A stretch of DNA of 64,000 bases. Origin: Phaeosaccion multiseriatum. Lineage: Eukaryota > Protista > Ochrophyta, other classes. Positions 37,789 to 49,488 of this stretch are shown here, piece by piece. A model generated the notes under the pieces. That model saw only the letters and a list, made by a program, of their open reading frames with translations. It ran no database searches and was not told the DNA's origin. A program made the translations under genes and the position numbers. Positions within the stretch are counted from its first letter, which is position 1, and each line of letters opens with the position of its first letter. The stretch spans positions 434,001 through 498,000 of the forward strand of contig OZ218957.1 of the NCBI GenBank assembly GCA_965112735.1, given 5' to 3'.

Positions 37789-38685
37789 CTCACTAGCTGC
37801 CGAGAGCCTGTTTGTCTTCGCCGCTCGTACTTGACTCTGTTGGGCATTACTACAGCTTCTGTTTTTCTCTATGGATCGGCTTATATCATTTATTATGAAG
37901 AAAATACGAGGTAAGTAGTACTACGAAGGAGGAAGGAGCCACCGAAGTACATTCAAGTCCAGTGTCGCGCAAGACAAAATTGACACTCCCAACGCCGCAC
38001 GTCAGTGTAGCAGTGTAGTGTACGGTACAGCGCACTGTTCTCAGAACCCTGCTACCCCCCCCCCCCGGCTTTTAACACTCACCCACCCACCCACCCACCC
38101 ACCCATCTGCTATTTCCCAACTCATCTTTCCCCACGCAGCAGCTCCACAGCACCGCCCCCCCCAATGCTCTGCCCCGAAAGGCGCTCCTCCGCCACCCCG
38201 TCCTTCCTTCCTCAATGCCCAAATGACCTTCTCTTCACTGCCTCACGCTCACGGTGGACCGAATCACCGCCCTACAATCAAATCAAAAGCACCCCCAAGA
38301 ATGCACACGCACGCACACACGCACACACACACACACCCCAGGGCCATCTCGCTCCAACTGAAATCAGGCCTCTCTCCTTGCGTCACAAGACCCAGACACA
38401 GAGGCAGATGCCCGACACGCGAGGGTCCGGGGTCTCGTCGTCGCCAGAACCATCTCCCGGTCGGAAGGTCTCCCCCTCACACACACCATATGCAGCACGG
38501 CACACGCTTGCTCCTCCTCATGTATCCCGTCTAGTCCGCCCTGGCCACAAGTAATCAATCAACGCGACGACGACCCCACCGCAAAGGTCCGGTGCACCAG
38601 CGGTGAATCTCGTGAGTCGATCGATACTATAGACCAAAAGTCGATACTATAGACCAAAAGTCGATCGATACTTCAATGCTCGATG

Positions 38686-40379
38686 TTACACCCCCGCTTG
38701 GAGGAGGAGGTCTTTGGAGACGGTGACCCCCATGAAGCAGGCGGCGTTGGCAGGGAAGGCCCTCACAAGGGCGGGGCGGATGCCTTTGAAGAAGCCTGTC
38801 CACCCCTCCTCCTTGAGAAGATACCTGTGTGTGTTTGTGTGTGTGTGTGTATGTGTGTATGTGTGTGTGGGGGGGGTGGGGGGGGGGCAGTGTGTGTGTG
38901 TTTTGTGTGTGTGTGTATGTGTGTGGGTGGGGGGGGGGGGGGTAAGTGCGTGCGGCCGAGCAGGGAGGAAGGGAGGGAGGAGGGAGGACGAACAGACAGG
39001 GGGGTGACATTGCTGGAGTGAGAAGGTGTGTGTGTCTTTGTGAGAGTGAGTGAATTTGTGTGCGTGTGAGATGGTGAATGTGTGTGTGCGTGAGTGATGG
39101 AGTAAGCATGTGTGTTTTCCCCTTTTTGCAACTGTGATTGTGAGTGGTGTGTGTGTTTTATGTGTGTGAGAGTGAGTGAGTGAGTGAGTGAGTGAGTGAG
39201 TGAGTGAGTGAGTGAGTCACTTTTCACCCCTCACCCCTCACCCCTCACCTGGCCACATCCACTGTCCCCTTGTACGTCCCCTCCGGAGCCGTTTGCCACC
39301 TCGACTTGACCGTATCGGCAGGTATAGCGACCACCCAGTTCATCATACCCGCCAGACCGCCAGCTGTGAGTATGCCCGCTGTGGAGATAGTACCGTCCTG
39401 TCTTGTGAAGGCGGCTTTGCTGACTTCGTATGTTCCAAAGTATGTCGCCGAGCCCGGCACGTCCTGATTGTGGCGGGTGGTGGGTGGGGAGGGATGGGGG
39501 AGGGGGAGAAAATAATGAAAAAAGGGGAGGGGACGAATGAAGTGGCAAGGACGAAAGCAAGAGGGAAAGCAAAAGAAGGCACATACACGCTCACAGGGCA
39601 GAAGGAGACGAAGAAGCCGAAGGAGGAAGGACAAAGAGGGTATTATAAGCATAGCGCCAGGCATGCATGAAATATACACCTTCGTGGTGGCAACCGACCC
39701 GCATGCCCACCATCCGCACATGCTACGTCGTAGAAAACAACAGTCAAAGAGCAGTGTCGCTCCTTCGGCCGCCGATGCGTGCATACCCCATGCGAGACGA
39801 ATACAAGCTTCAAAAGTCAGTTTCGAGAGCGACGCCCGCACAACACGTACCCGTAAGAGGGTGGCCTCCCAGCCCTTGTACACACTGCTCAGCCCTCCTG
39901 TTCTCATGAGCTCTCGGCCGCAGCCGGACAAGGTTGTGTACTTGGGCTCCTTGAGCCTGCCGGCCGCCACCTCCTGCCCTTGGATCTGCAGCAGGCACTT
40001 CATCCTCTCGATAGGAGCCGTCAGCACCTGCATGAGGGTAGGAGGAGGCAGACAGACAGACAGGCAGGCCGGCACGGAGAGAGGCAGGCAGGCAGGCAGG
40101 CAGGCAGACAGGCAGGAAGGCAGACAGGCAGACAGGCAGACAGGCAGACAGGCAGACAAGACAGGCGGTAGACAGTCAGGCAGGCAGGCAGGCAGGCAGG
40201 CAGGCCGGCCGGCCGGCCGGCAGACAGACGAGCAGACAGGCAGACAGGCAGACAGGCAGACAGGAGGGCCATAGTCGTTGGTATTGCTGTTGGTGGTGGT
40301 GGGGGGGGGGGTAGATTGGGTAAGGTGTGGTGCAGTGGGAGCGCGAGAGAGTGGAGGGCTGGAGACAGAGTGAGAAAGG

Positions 40380-40434
<55 letters not shown>

Positions 40435-41671
40435 CGAGAGTCTACACTGAAGCTGAGGCTGAAGCTTACCGTGGCCGGAAACCCCGACAGGCCCCCCGCC
40501 ACGAACTTGTCCGTTATCGTCATGTGTGAGTGCTCCGGCCTACCGGTCAAAGATCTCTGTTTAGGGAGGGGAGGGGAGGGAGGGGAAGGGGGAGGAGGGG
40601 AGGGAGGGAGAGAAAGGTGGAAGGGACAAGCATTGGTGCGTAGTGTTCAGCGTTGATATGAAAGGGAAAGTGGGCCTTGCTCTCCACATGTACGGCTCAC
40701 AGTTTGTTGTCCGCCTTCCTATCTCCCGCATCGCATCCCGGAAACCTCTCCTTCTCTTTCTATCTTCCCCAATCAGCGGCAGGACGGGCGTGCTTGGGGC
40801 GTTGGTTCCCTTTGCCTTTCCTTTCTATCCTGTCCTTCCTCCTTTCCCTGGCCAATTCAACCCCGTGCCTTACAATCAGGTTGAGACTCGTGTCATATCC
40901 CCAGAACGACACGGCGAAGATCGGTGTGATTCCCAGTAGAGGAGCAGATACGCCTCTGTAGAAGCCTCGGGGCTTTGGAGGAGACGGCATGCCCGTCGAA
41001 GCAGGAGCAGTAGCGCGGGGACAGACCAAGGGGGGAGGGAGGAGGGGGAGATGGGTGAGGGGGAGGAGGAAACGAAGTAGACAAAGAGGGCGCGCGGGGG
41101 GGGGGTGTTCGTGAGAGAGAGAAAGAGGCATGGGAGAGAAATCGAGAGAGAGGGGGACGTTGGTTAAGAAGCAGGCATTGTTGATAAGAAGGGGGGGGGT
41201 GCGGGGAAGAGCGTGGCACAGAGATCGACACAGGACGTCGATCAAACGTCGATGGTCGACTCGGTCCCTCACCCCTTCCGCCTTGATGGTTTTCCTTGCC
41301 ACGTCCATGATGCCTTTGTACTGGTCTCCACCGGTCTGGATCTTTACTTTGATGAGGTCTGGCCACCAGAGAACATGAGGGACGGGTGGGGAAGGTGTGA
41401 GAAAGCCTGAGCTCCTGGGGAGAGGAGGAGCGGCAGGTGGAGGAGCCGTCATCCGCCTCCCGCGCGACGCTCTTCCTCCCGTTCCTCTCTCTGCATCTCT
41501 CCTCCTCCATCTTCCTTCCCCTCCCAACTCACCTAGCGGATGGCCAACTATGACGAGGCATAGCCCCCCAAACCCGCCAGAGAGGAAGGAGTTCGCAGCT
41601 GAGGGAGGCTTTCCCTGAAGAGGCGTTTCATCCTCCTCTCCCAAACGGGCTGCCTCAATCTCCTCTGCCAT
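38686..41671 (-). CDS. Mitochondrial carrier, carnitine/acylcarnitine translocase-like (SLC25A20/CRC1 type); 7 exons
   Basis: Three carrier signatures GHPL|DLIKVKIQ, APIERMKCLLQIQ and IPADTVKSRWQ. Also GFYRGVSAPLLGITPIFAVSFWGY, RDVPGSATYFGTYE and RAFPANAACF, typical of CACT. Confidence 0.93.
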
Positions 41672-42066
41672 CCTTGGTTGAAGAAGAACAACAACTAGGG
41701 CGGCCGATGATAAAGCACCCTGTGAGCCCTGTAGCACCAACACGGGTTTTTCTCCCGGCACCTATCTTCGCCTCACCACCGTCGCCATCGAGACCCACGG
41801 ACGACTCGGCGCACAGGCGCAATCGCTCCTACACGCACTCGCCGAGCACGTGGTCTCCCGCACGGGCCGCACAGGCCCTTCCACCACCAAGGGCCACGTC
41901 CTGACCAGACTCCGCCGCCTCGTCAGCTGCAGCCACCACATGTGGCTCCGGAGCGAGAGCGCGCCTTCCTGGGTCGGCTCAACCGCAGTGCTGGTCCTGC
42001 ACCTCCCCTCCCCGACCGAGAGGGGGAGTAACCGGTCCCTCGAGGGCCCCGGAGACACAGCGACAC

Positions 42067-42139
<73 letters not shown>

Positions 42140-42362
42140 CGCGCTTTCGTTTTCTTATTTCTTATTTCTTAGGTGATTCCTATTAAGTCAATAAATACTT
42201 CCTCAGTTCTCATGCAATATTACACGTGCAATACTACGATACAGCGTTCTTGCCCAAAAGAATCCACACCAGTGACTCCACGTCATGAGTGTCCTTCAGT
42301 CAAAAGGAAGCCTCGGAACAAGAGGGGCGTATGTTGCCGCTCTTTTCCCCTGCTTCTAACTT

Positions 42363-43048
42363 CTAAACCTTCCTCCTCCTACTACTGCTCTTACTGCTGC
42401 TGCTGCTGCCCCTACTGCTGCTGCTGCTGCTGTTACTACTACTATCCAACCCCCTGACCATCGCCACCGCCACCACATCCACCACCGCTGCCAACGCCGC
42501 AGCCAGCCAAAGCCCGCTATCCACGTACAGAAAGCAGCCCACGATGCCGAGCCCAACAGCCGCGGCACCCTGTCGAAGCCTCTTGTTGCAAGAATGGGCA
42601 GCGTACACACCCAAGCTCAGGTAGAGCAAGGCAAAGAGCACCAGGGGACTAATGGAGGCCCAGGACTCCGGCAGAAGCGATGCGTCCCCGCCGCCCCCGC
42701 CGCCCCCCATACAGCCCCGCGCCACGCTGTGGAAGGACAGGCCCGTTGCTTCCTGCCACCACGCGCCCACGGCCGCGCACAGACCGCACGCCACGACCAG
42801 GCTCATCTGCAGCCGCCGCAGGGTGAGCCCGGGCCCTTGTCCGCCGGGTCTCCTGCCCCTCCTTCCTCCTCCTCCTCCTCCTGCTGCTGCTGCTGCTGCT
42901 GCTGCTGATGTTGCTACCCTGAACCCCCGCAAGGCTGCCACTGACGGAGGGATGTGCAGGCCCCACGAGCTCGACCTCAGCTCTCCTTCGACCAAGCTCA
43001 GGCCTGCCTTCTCGCCTCCTCCCCCTCCTCCTCGTCCTCCTCCTCCTC

Positions 43049-43093
<45 letters not shown>

Positions 43094-46000
43094 CGGCTCC
43101 TTCCATCTCTGCGTCTGCTTCGTCGCCCCCGAGCGAGCAAGTAGCGAGGCACGTGTGTGCAAAGACGGCTAACAAGAGCTTCAGGTGGTTGCGAATGACG
43201 AACGAAACCAAGTGCCACACCAGCGATGGGCCCTCTGATGCCGACGCTGCCTCTCCTGCCAAACTTGAGGCTGCTGCTGCCCTTGACCCATTCAATGCCG
43301 CTGTTGCTACCCCCACCAGCGCCTCCCCTGCTGCAGCCAGAGGGTCCAACAGAAGGTCCAGCGTAGTGGCAGTGGCAGCAAAGGCAGCAGTAGTGTCCCT
43401 CGACTCAAACTCCAACTCGCCGTGCAGAGTAGCACTCGCCTTTGACACGTTGTGAAAGTGATCTCGGGAAAGGAGGTGGAAGAGCTGCGCGGCATGCACG
43501 GGCAGGAGACAGCCCAGTACAAGCGTCAGGCCCATGCCACTCAAGGCCTGCACGGCCGCACAGACACGCTCAAGCCACTGCTGCCACTGCCACTGCCGTG
43601 ATGGGTGCATCCATCGCAGCGCCCATCCGCCTGCTGCCGAGCTCCCAAGTAGCCCCCACCATCCTCCCCGCTGCTGCCCGCCTGCTCCTGCAGCTACTGC
43701 CGGCAAACAAGACACCCCTCCGGGCGACCCTGCCCGTGGCCACAACTGAGCACGGTAGCCCGAGCCTATGCAATGCTGCCGCCGATGCGAGGCAAGGCGC
43801 AGGAGCGGCTGGCGGAGGCGACCGAACAACCACCGCAACAACACCAGCGATACCCCGATCTCCAAGTATGCCAGGAACGCGTCTCGCGGGCCCGTGCTTG
43901 CGAAGTGCGGGTGGAGCATGTGGGTCCCGTTCTGTCGTAGGGTGCGCTGCTGCTGCTGCTGCTGCTGCTGCTGTGGCGGCGGCGGCAAGGAGCGTTGCTG
44001 GGAGGAGGGTTCCTGCTCCACCCCCACCCCCACCCCCACCCTGTCGGCATGCCCTCCTCCTCGCCCTCCAACGGCGGCGGCTGCGGGTAGTTCCTGTCCC
44101 TCTGCCACTGCTCCTGCTCCCGGTGGGCCCTCCGGCATCACCACAGAGCGAGCTCCAGCCCCATCCCCATCCCCTGCCCTTACCCCTACCCCTGCCCCTT
44201 TCTCGGCACCGACACCACCAACACCAGCTCCGGCAATGGCGCCGAGTCTGTCCAAGGAAAGCGCTGTGCTGGTGGACGTGCCCGACTGCCTCCGCTGCTG
44301 CTCCTCCTTCTCCTGCTGTTGTTGCTGTTGCTGTTGTTGCTGTTGCTCCAGGTCCACTGACTTGATGCGCCACTCCTCGGGCTCGCGGCAGTGGGCTTGT
44401 GACCGTCCGCGAGAGCTGAAGGGCATACATAAGAGAAGGGGGAGGGAGGAGGGAGGCACGACAGGAAGAGCCACTTTAGAAGCTGCAACATGACAATGCC
44501 ACATGCACGCAAGAGTCAAAAGAGGGCACACTTGCAGACACGCGCAGGAGGGAGGTCTGCGCTCCCACGGGTCTTTGCCCTCATCACTCCATCGACGTTT
44601 GTCTACGTGCATACCTGAGATAGAGGCCTGTTGACGGGTTGTAGATGCAGATAATGCTCTCCTCTTCATCGGTGGTTGGGTCCAAGGCCGTCGGAGCGCT
44701 GCTACAAAAGCCAGAAAGGGGGGGGGAGGAGGAGAAGCAGACAGCCATCAAGAGAACAAGGAGAGGCAGAGAGAGAGGGGGGGGGGAGAGGCAGGGAGAG
44801 AGGGCAGGAAAGCATCCATCAGTACATCAGTCGAGCCGAGTAACCGCAACAGGTATAGGCGCGAGCTCCCCTTCCCCTCTAATGACACTGCATACCCCCT
44901 CCTCCCCCCCCAAACCGTCCGTTCAGCGGCACCCCACCTCCCTCTCACCTCTGGCCCTTCCCGGCGGCCTTGAGCACCGGTTGGTACACGAATTGGTTGT
45001 TCGGCAGGCAGTCGTCAAGCAACACGCCGAGCTTCAGACTGAGGTACTTGCCGGACTTGTCCCCGCGCAGGCACACCTGTTTATTGGTTGGTTGGTTGGA
45101 TGGATTTTTTTTTGTGGTTGGTGTTACTCCTTTTTTGGTACTTTGCGGCCAGACTGTTGTGGAGACTGTCCCCCCTCCCCATCCACTGCCATCTCGCGTA
45201 GTCTGAGCTGACTGCTGACTGCTGGCTGCTCACCTTGTTCTGCCTGAAGGCCTCGAAGTAGATGGGCGTGGTCATCGGACGGAACACCTCGTCCTCCCCA
45301 CACGAAGGAGAGAAGGCCGGGCCCTCGCCCGCTCCATTCAAGTACCCTGCGTGTGCGTGAGTGCGTGAGTGAGTGACACATCGAGAGGGTGACGAAGGGC
45401 AGTGCGATAGGCGACAACGGGGCGGGAGACACGGCTCGGAGAGTAGAAAGGAGGATCCAAGACAAGAACAGGGCCCAGGGGTAGGGGTAGGGGGGGGGTG
45501 AAGAACGAGAATGAAAGAAAGACAGAAACGAACAAAAAAACAAAGAAAGAGGGTACAGAGGTAATACGTGCAACACACAGGTGAAGAAAAACTAAGCCTC
45601 CTAAAACAGTGTCGGGCCCAACACCCATACTCACCCTCCTTGCGGTGCAGGCACTCTCTCGATGCGAGCATCTGCGTGAAGTAGCCATTGACAACGGCTC
45701 CAGGCTTGGTGGGCTGCAGCAGCGAAGCTCTGTTTTAGGGATCGATTGAGAGAAAGAGAAGATGGGAGGGGGAGGGCAGGCCAAGGGCAGCGGGGCGATA
45801 AGTCCAGAACTCCCGCGTTTGTATGCATAGACAGACAAAAAAATCACAAATGGCTGCACAGTCACCATGTAACCGCGGTATGGGGTGGCGGCTGTCGAAC
45901 GGGTTGGGTTGGTCGGTAGTAGTTCCCGCTTTCTTTGCTTTACTTACCGTATCGAGAAGAAGATGAGGACGCTGATGCAAGCCAGACACACCACACGCAC

Positions 46001-47616
46001 GCGAGCCTGTTGGGTACGCGAACGGGAGAGCCCCGAAACCGCTTTCCTCAGCTACGTGGCGTTGGGAAATACAGGGAGAGAGGGACGACGACAGCAACGA
46101 GAGAGAGAAGAGAGAGAGAGGGAGATGAGGGGGGGGGGGATACGAGAGAGAGAGAGAGAGAGAGAGAGAAGATCGAGCGGGGCTGGGAGGGAAAGAACAA
46201 CTGACCACAAAATGACGACTCAGGAACCTTGGAGGTTGTACAGTGTATAGTGTATGGTGTGGTGGTGGGTCAGGGACGAACAACGGATGGCTAAAACACA
46301 ACAACGACTTCCATCTAAAGAGTTCAATTTAACTCGTTCTTACCTTCTTGGAGATGGAAGCAGACGTTACACCGCAGCTCAGACCGCAGCAAAGCAACCT
46401 CGACAGGGAAGTGTAACTGTAGCGCTCAACCGGTTGCGAACCTGCCACCCCACGGGCGGCGTGGGCGTGTGCGTGCAGGTGGTCGCCATGGCACGGGGGA
46501 AAGGCACGCATCCGAGCAGAGGAGGGGCCGGATGGGCTCAGCAGGGAGGCTGATGCGCTGGCATTGTTTGTGATAGGGACAATGCTCCGCTTAGGGCCCT
46601 GTAGAGAGGGTAGATATAAGAGGGAGGGGATGGCAGTGGATGAGAGGAGGGAGAAAGACTGAGAAGATTAGGGGGGGGGGGGGAGAAGCGGGGCACACAC
46701 AAGCTATCACGCAGGCACCGCAACAACCCTCTCTCTCTGTCACACACACACACACACTCACCAGCATGCTTGCGTAGTTGAGCATGATGGTGGCTGCGTG
46801 CACGAGGGAGAGGCCGTGGACTGCCTTCTGCAAGTCTGCCTCACGCGTCACTCCGCTGAAGCTCAGCAGCACCGCACACAGCGAGAAGAGCGCAGCGGCA
46901 CCGAGCATGACACGGAAGTTGGTGGTACTGAGGGAGGGAAGGGAGGGAGAGAAAAGAGGGAGAGGGAGAGGGAGAGAAAAAAGAGAGAAGAGAGCAAGAG
47001 AGAGACAAGAGACACAGAAACGGAGAGTGCACAAGAGTGAACAAGCACATCCATCGAAGCAACACAAAAATAGCTATTTACGCCTTACGAAAACTGTGAA
47101 TGTGATGCGTATATACTTCATACTTTCTCCCCTCTTCCTTCTCGTACCTGCTGAGCTTGTAGTTGGCGAGCTTGGACTTGCCCCGATGCAGGGACGACAA
47201 GAGTAGCTCCCCCACCCCCACTTGGGAGGCCCACAGATAGGACCCGGTCGTGTGCATGCGCAACAGCACCAGCACAGACACCACCAGCCACACGTCTCGA
47301 ACCAAGGTGCGGCCGCGAGTGCGAAACACAAAGTAGAAGTAGTCGATCACGTGGATGCCGAGCACCAGGGCGCAGCACAGCCAGGCGTGGTACACGAGTA
47401 TTGAGACCAGCGGGTGCCAGTCGTCGCCAACCAGTGACATGCTCCGACTCAGAGACACATCGTACCACAAAAAGCCCAGGGCCGCGACCACCGCCGCCGC
47501 CTGTTGTTGTCGACATGTCAGGCGGAGAGGGGGGCTTAGGGGTAGACTGGAAAAAAGGGAGACACACACATACACACACGTCACTTGAACTGCACCGAGA
47601 TGAGACGAGAGAGAGA

Positions 47617-47670
<54 letters not shown>

Positions 47671-47756
47671 CAGAGAGAGAGAGAGACAGAGAGAGAGACA
47701 GACAGAGAGAGAGAGAGAGACAGAGAGAGAGAGACAGACAGAGAGAGAGAGAGAGG

Positions 47757-47793
<37 letters not shown>

Positions 47794-49457
47794 TGACCAC
47801 GCTGCCCACAGTGACAACGCTGACTACGCTGACCACTCGCACGTACCACATAGCACAAGTAGGAGAAGGGTATACACACCACGCCTCTCCCCACGCCCAG
47901 ACCGATGCCGAGGATACGGTCGCCGCTGCCTCTGAAGCTGAGGCTCCCCATGCCCAACCCCACCATACCCACTCCTCCTCCCTCAGCCCCTCCAAAGGAC
48001 AGGTATCTAATGTGGGATGGACTGGAACCGGCAGCCAAGCGCGACTGCGAGGATGGACTCATCAAGTGGGAGTGGGCGGGACCCCAGAGCGAGGGGCTCA
48101 AGTGGGTGGGCAGCACCCGAGGGGATCGGGCCAAGGCGCCACCAGGGCACATGCTGCTACTGGAGGTGCTGTCAGAACCCCACCTACCGCTGCTGGCCAT
48201 GGGACTGCTCGCCATAGGACTGCTGCTGCTGCTGCTGCTGCCCATATGACTGCAGCTGCTGTTGCTTCTGCCGCTTCGGGCGGTGACAGTGATGGATGTG
48301 GGGCCGGCGGTAGATAAACTGCCACTGGGAATTGGTGTTGTAGGGCAGGTGTGGTTGCTGCTGCCGCCGCTGCTGCTGCTGCCGCTGCTGCTGCCGCTGC
48401 TAGTGCTACTGCTCGACTTGCTGTAGCTGCTGCTGCTGCTGCTGCGGCTGCTGCTGCCGCCGCGATCCCTCGGCACGGCACCGAAGAGGAGTAAGCAGGG
48501 GATGCAAAACAAAATCCAGGGAATGAGCACGTTTCCGTACGGCCTCTCGAGCTTGCGCCGGTAGCGGTTCCATCGCCAGAACAGAGGCTTGTGGAGGTAA
48601 CTCAAGCTGTCCCACGGCCTGTTGCACAGAATGCCGAGGGAAGGCGGACAAGAGAGGCGCGAGGGGGAGGAGCAAGACGAGTGGACTGAGTGGGTGTGTT
48701 CACTTCACTTCCCGTTCCAGGCTGAGCGTATCTACTCATCGGAAGTGGGAAAGTAAGCAACTACGAAAGCAAAGCAAGATTTTGCTGCCTTCCCCTCCCT
48801 TCCTGTCCTCTCCTCTCTCCTCCCTTCTCTTCTCGTCTCATCTCTCTCACCTCTCCTCGAAGTGAATAATGTGGGGTTCGTTCTTCGGCCGCGTGCAGAG
48901 GGTACAGTCCTGCTCCTTCCAAAAGCCCTCCTCATGAAAGTCGCCACTCGCAGCCGCGTATGTGTAAGGCAGTCTACCACAATCATATCACATCACGGGG
49001 GGGAGAAGGGCCGAGGGCAACGGCAGGCAAATGGGGCAGGCAAAGGCGACAAGAAGTGAACAGAAGGCCGGGGAGGGGAAGCCAGTGAGTGAGTGAGTGA
49101 GTGAGTGAGTGAGTGAGTGAGTGAGTGAGTGAGTGAGTGACGAAACTGTACACGTACACGAGCACGAGCACGGTCATGGGATGGGATGGGGAAGACCAAC
49201 AAATGTCCACGACAATCACTCATCACTCACTCACTCACTCCCTCACTGACTCACTCACTCACCGCCTACACGTGTCCGATGTGGACTTGACGAGCTCTCC
49301 TTGCGAGCACACTGGCATCTTAGCGGCGTTGAAGAGTAGCAAAGGGGCCGCATCCAGGAGAGACCCTGCCTGTTCGGTGGAAGGGTCCGGTCTCGCTAGG
49401 CCCCCGCCACCGCCGCTCCCTTCTCTGCCTGCTGGCGCCACTGCTACGCCTTCTAAG

Positions 49458-49488
<31 letters not shown>

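Noticed and set aside
38617-38671. 20-bp duplication TCGATACTATAGACCAAAAG as a target-site duplication
   Set aside because: The copies are adjacent with no inserted element between them; ordinary slippage in the carrier 3'UTR.
46426-46560. GT8 gene ending at TGA 46426 with a separate downstream gene
   Set aside because: A stronger acceptor (ctctctacag, ~46599) keeps the frame open to a GT donor at ~46343 and onward, and no start codon was found for a separate gene. Kept only as an alternative model.
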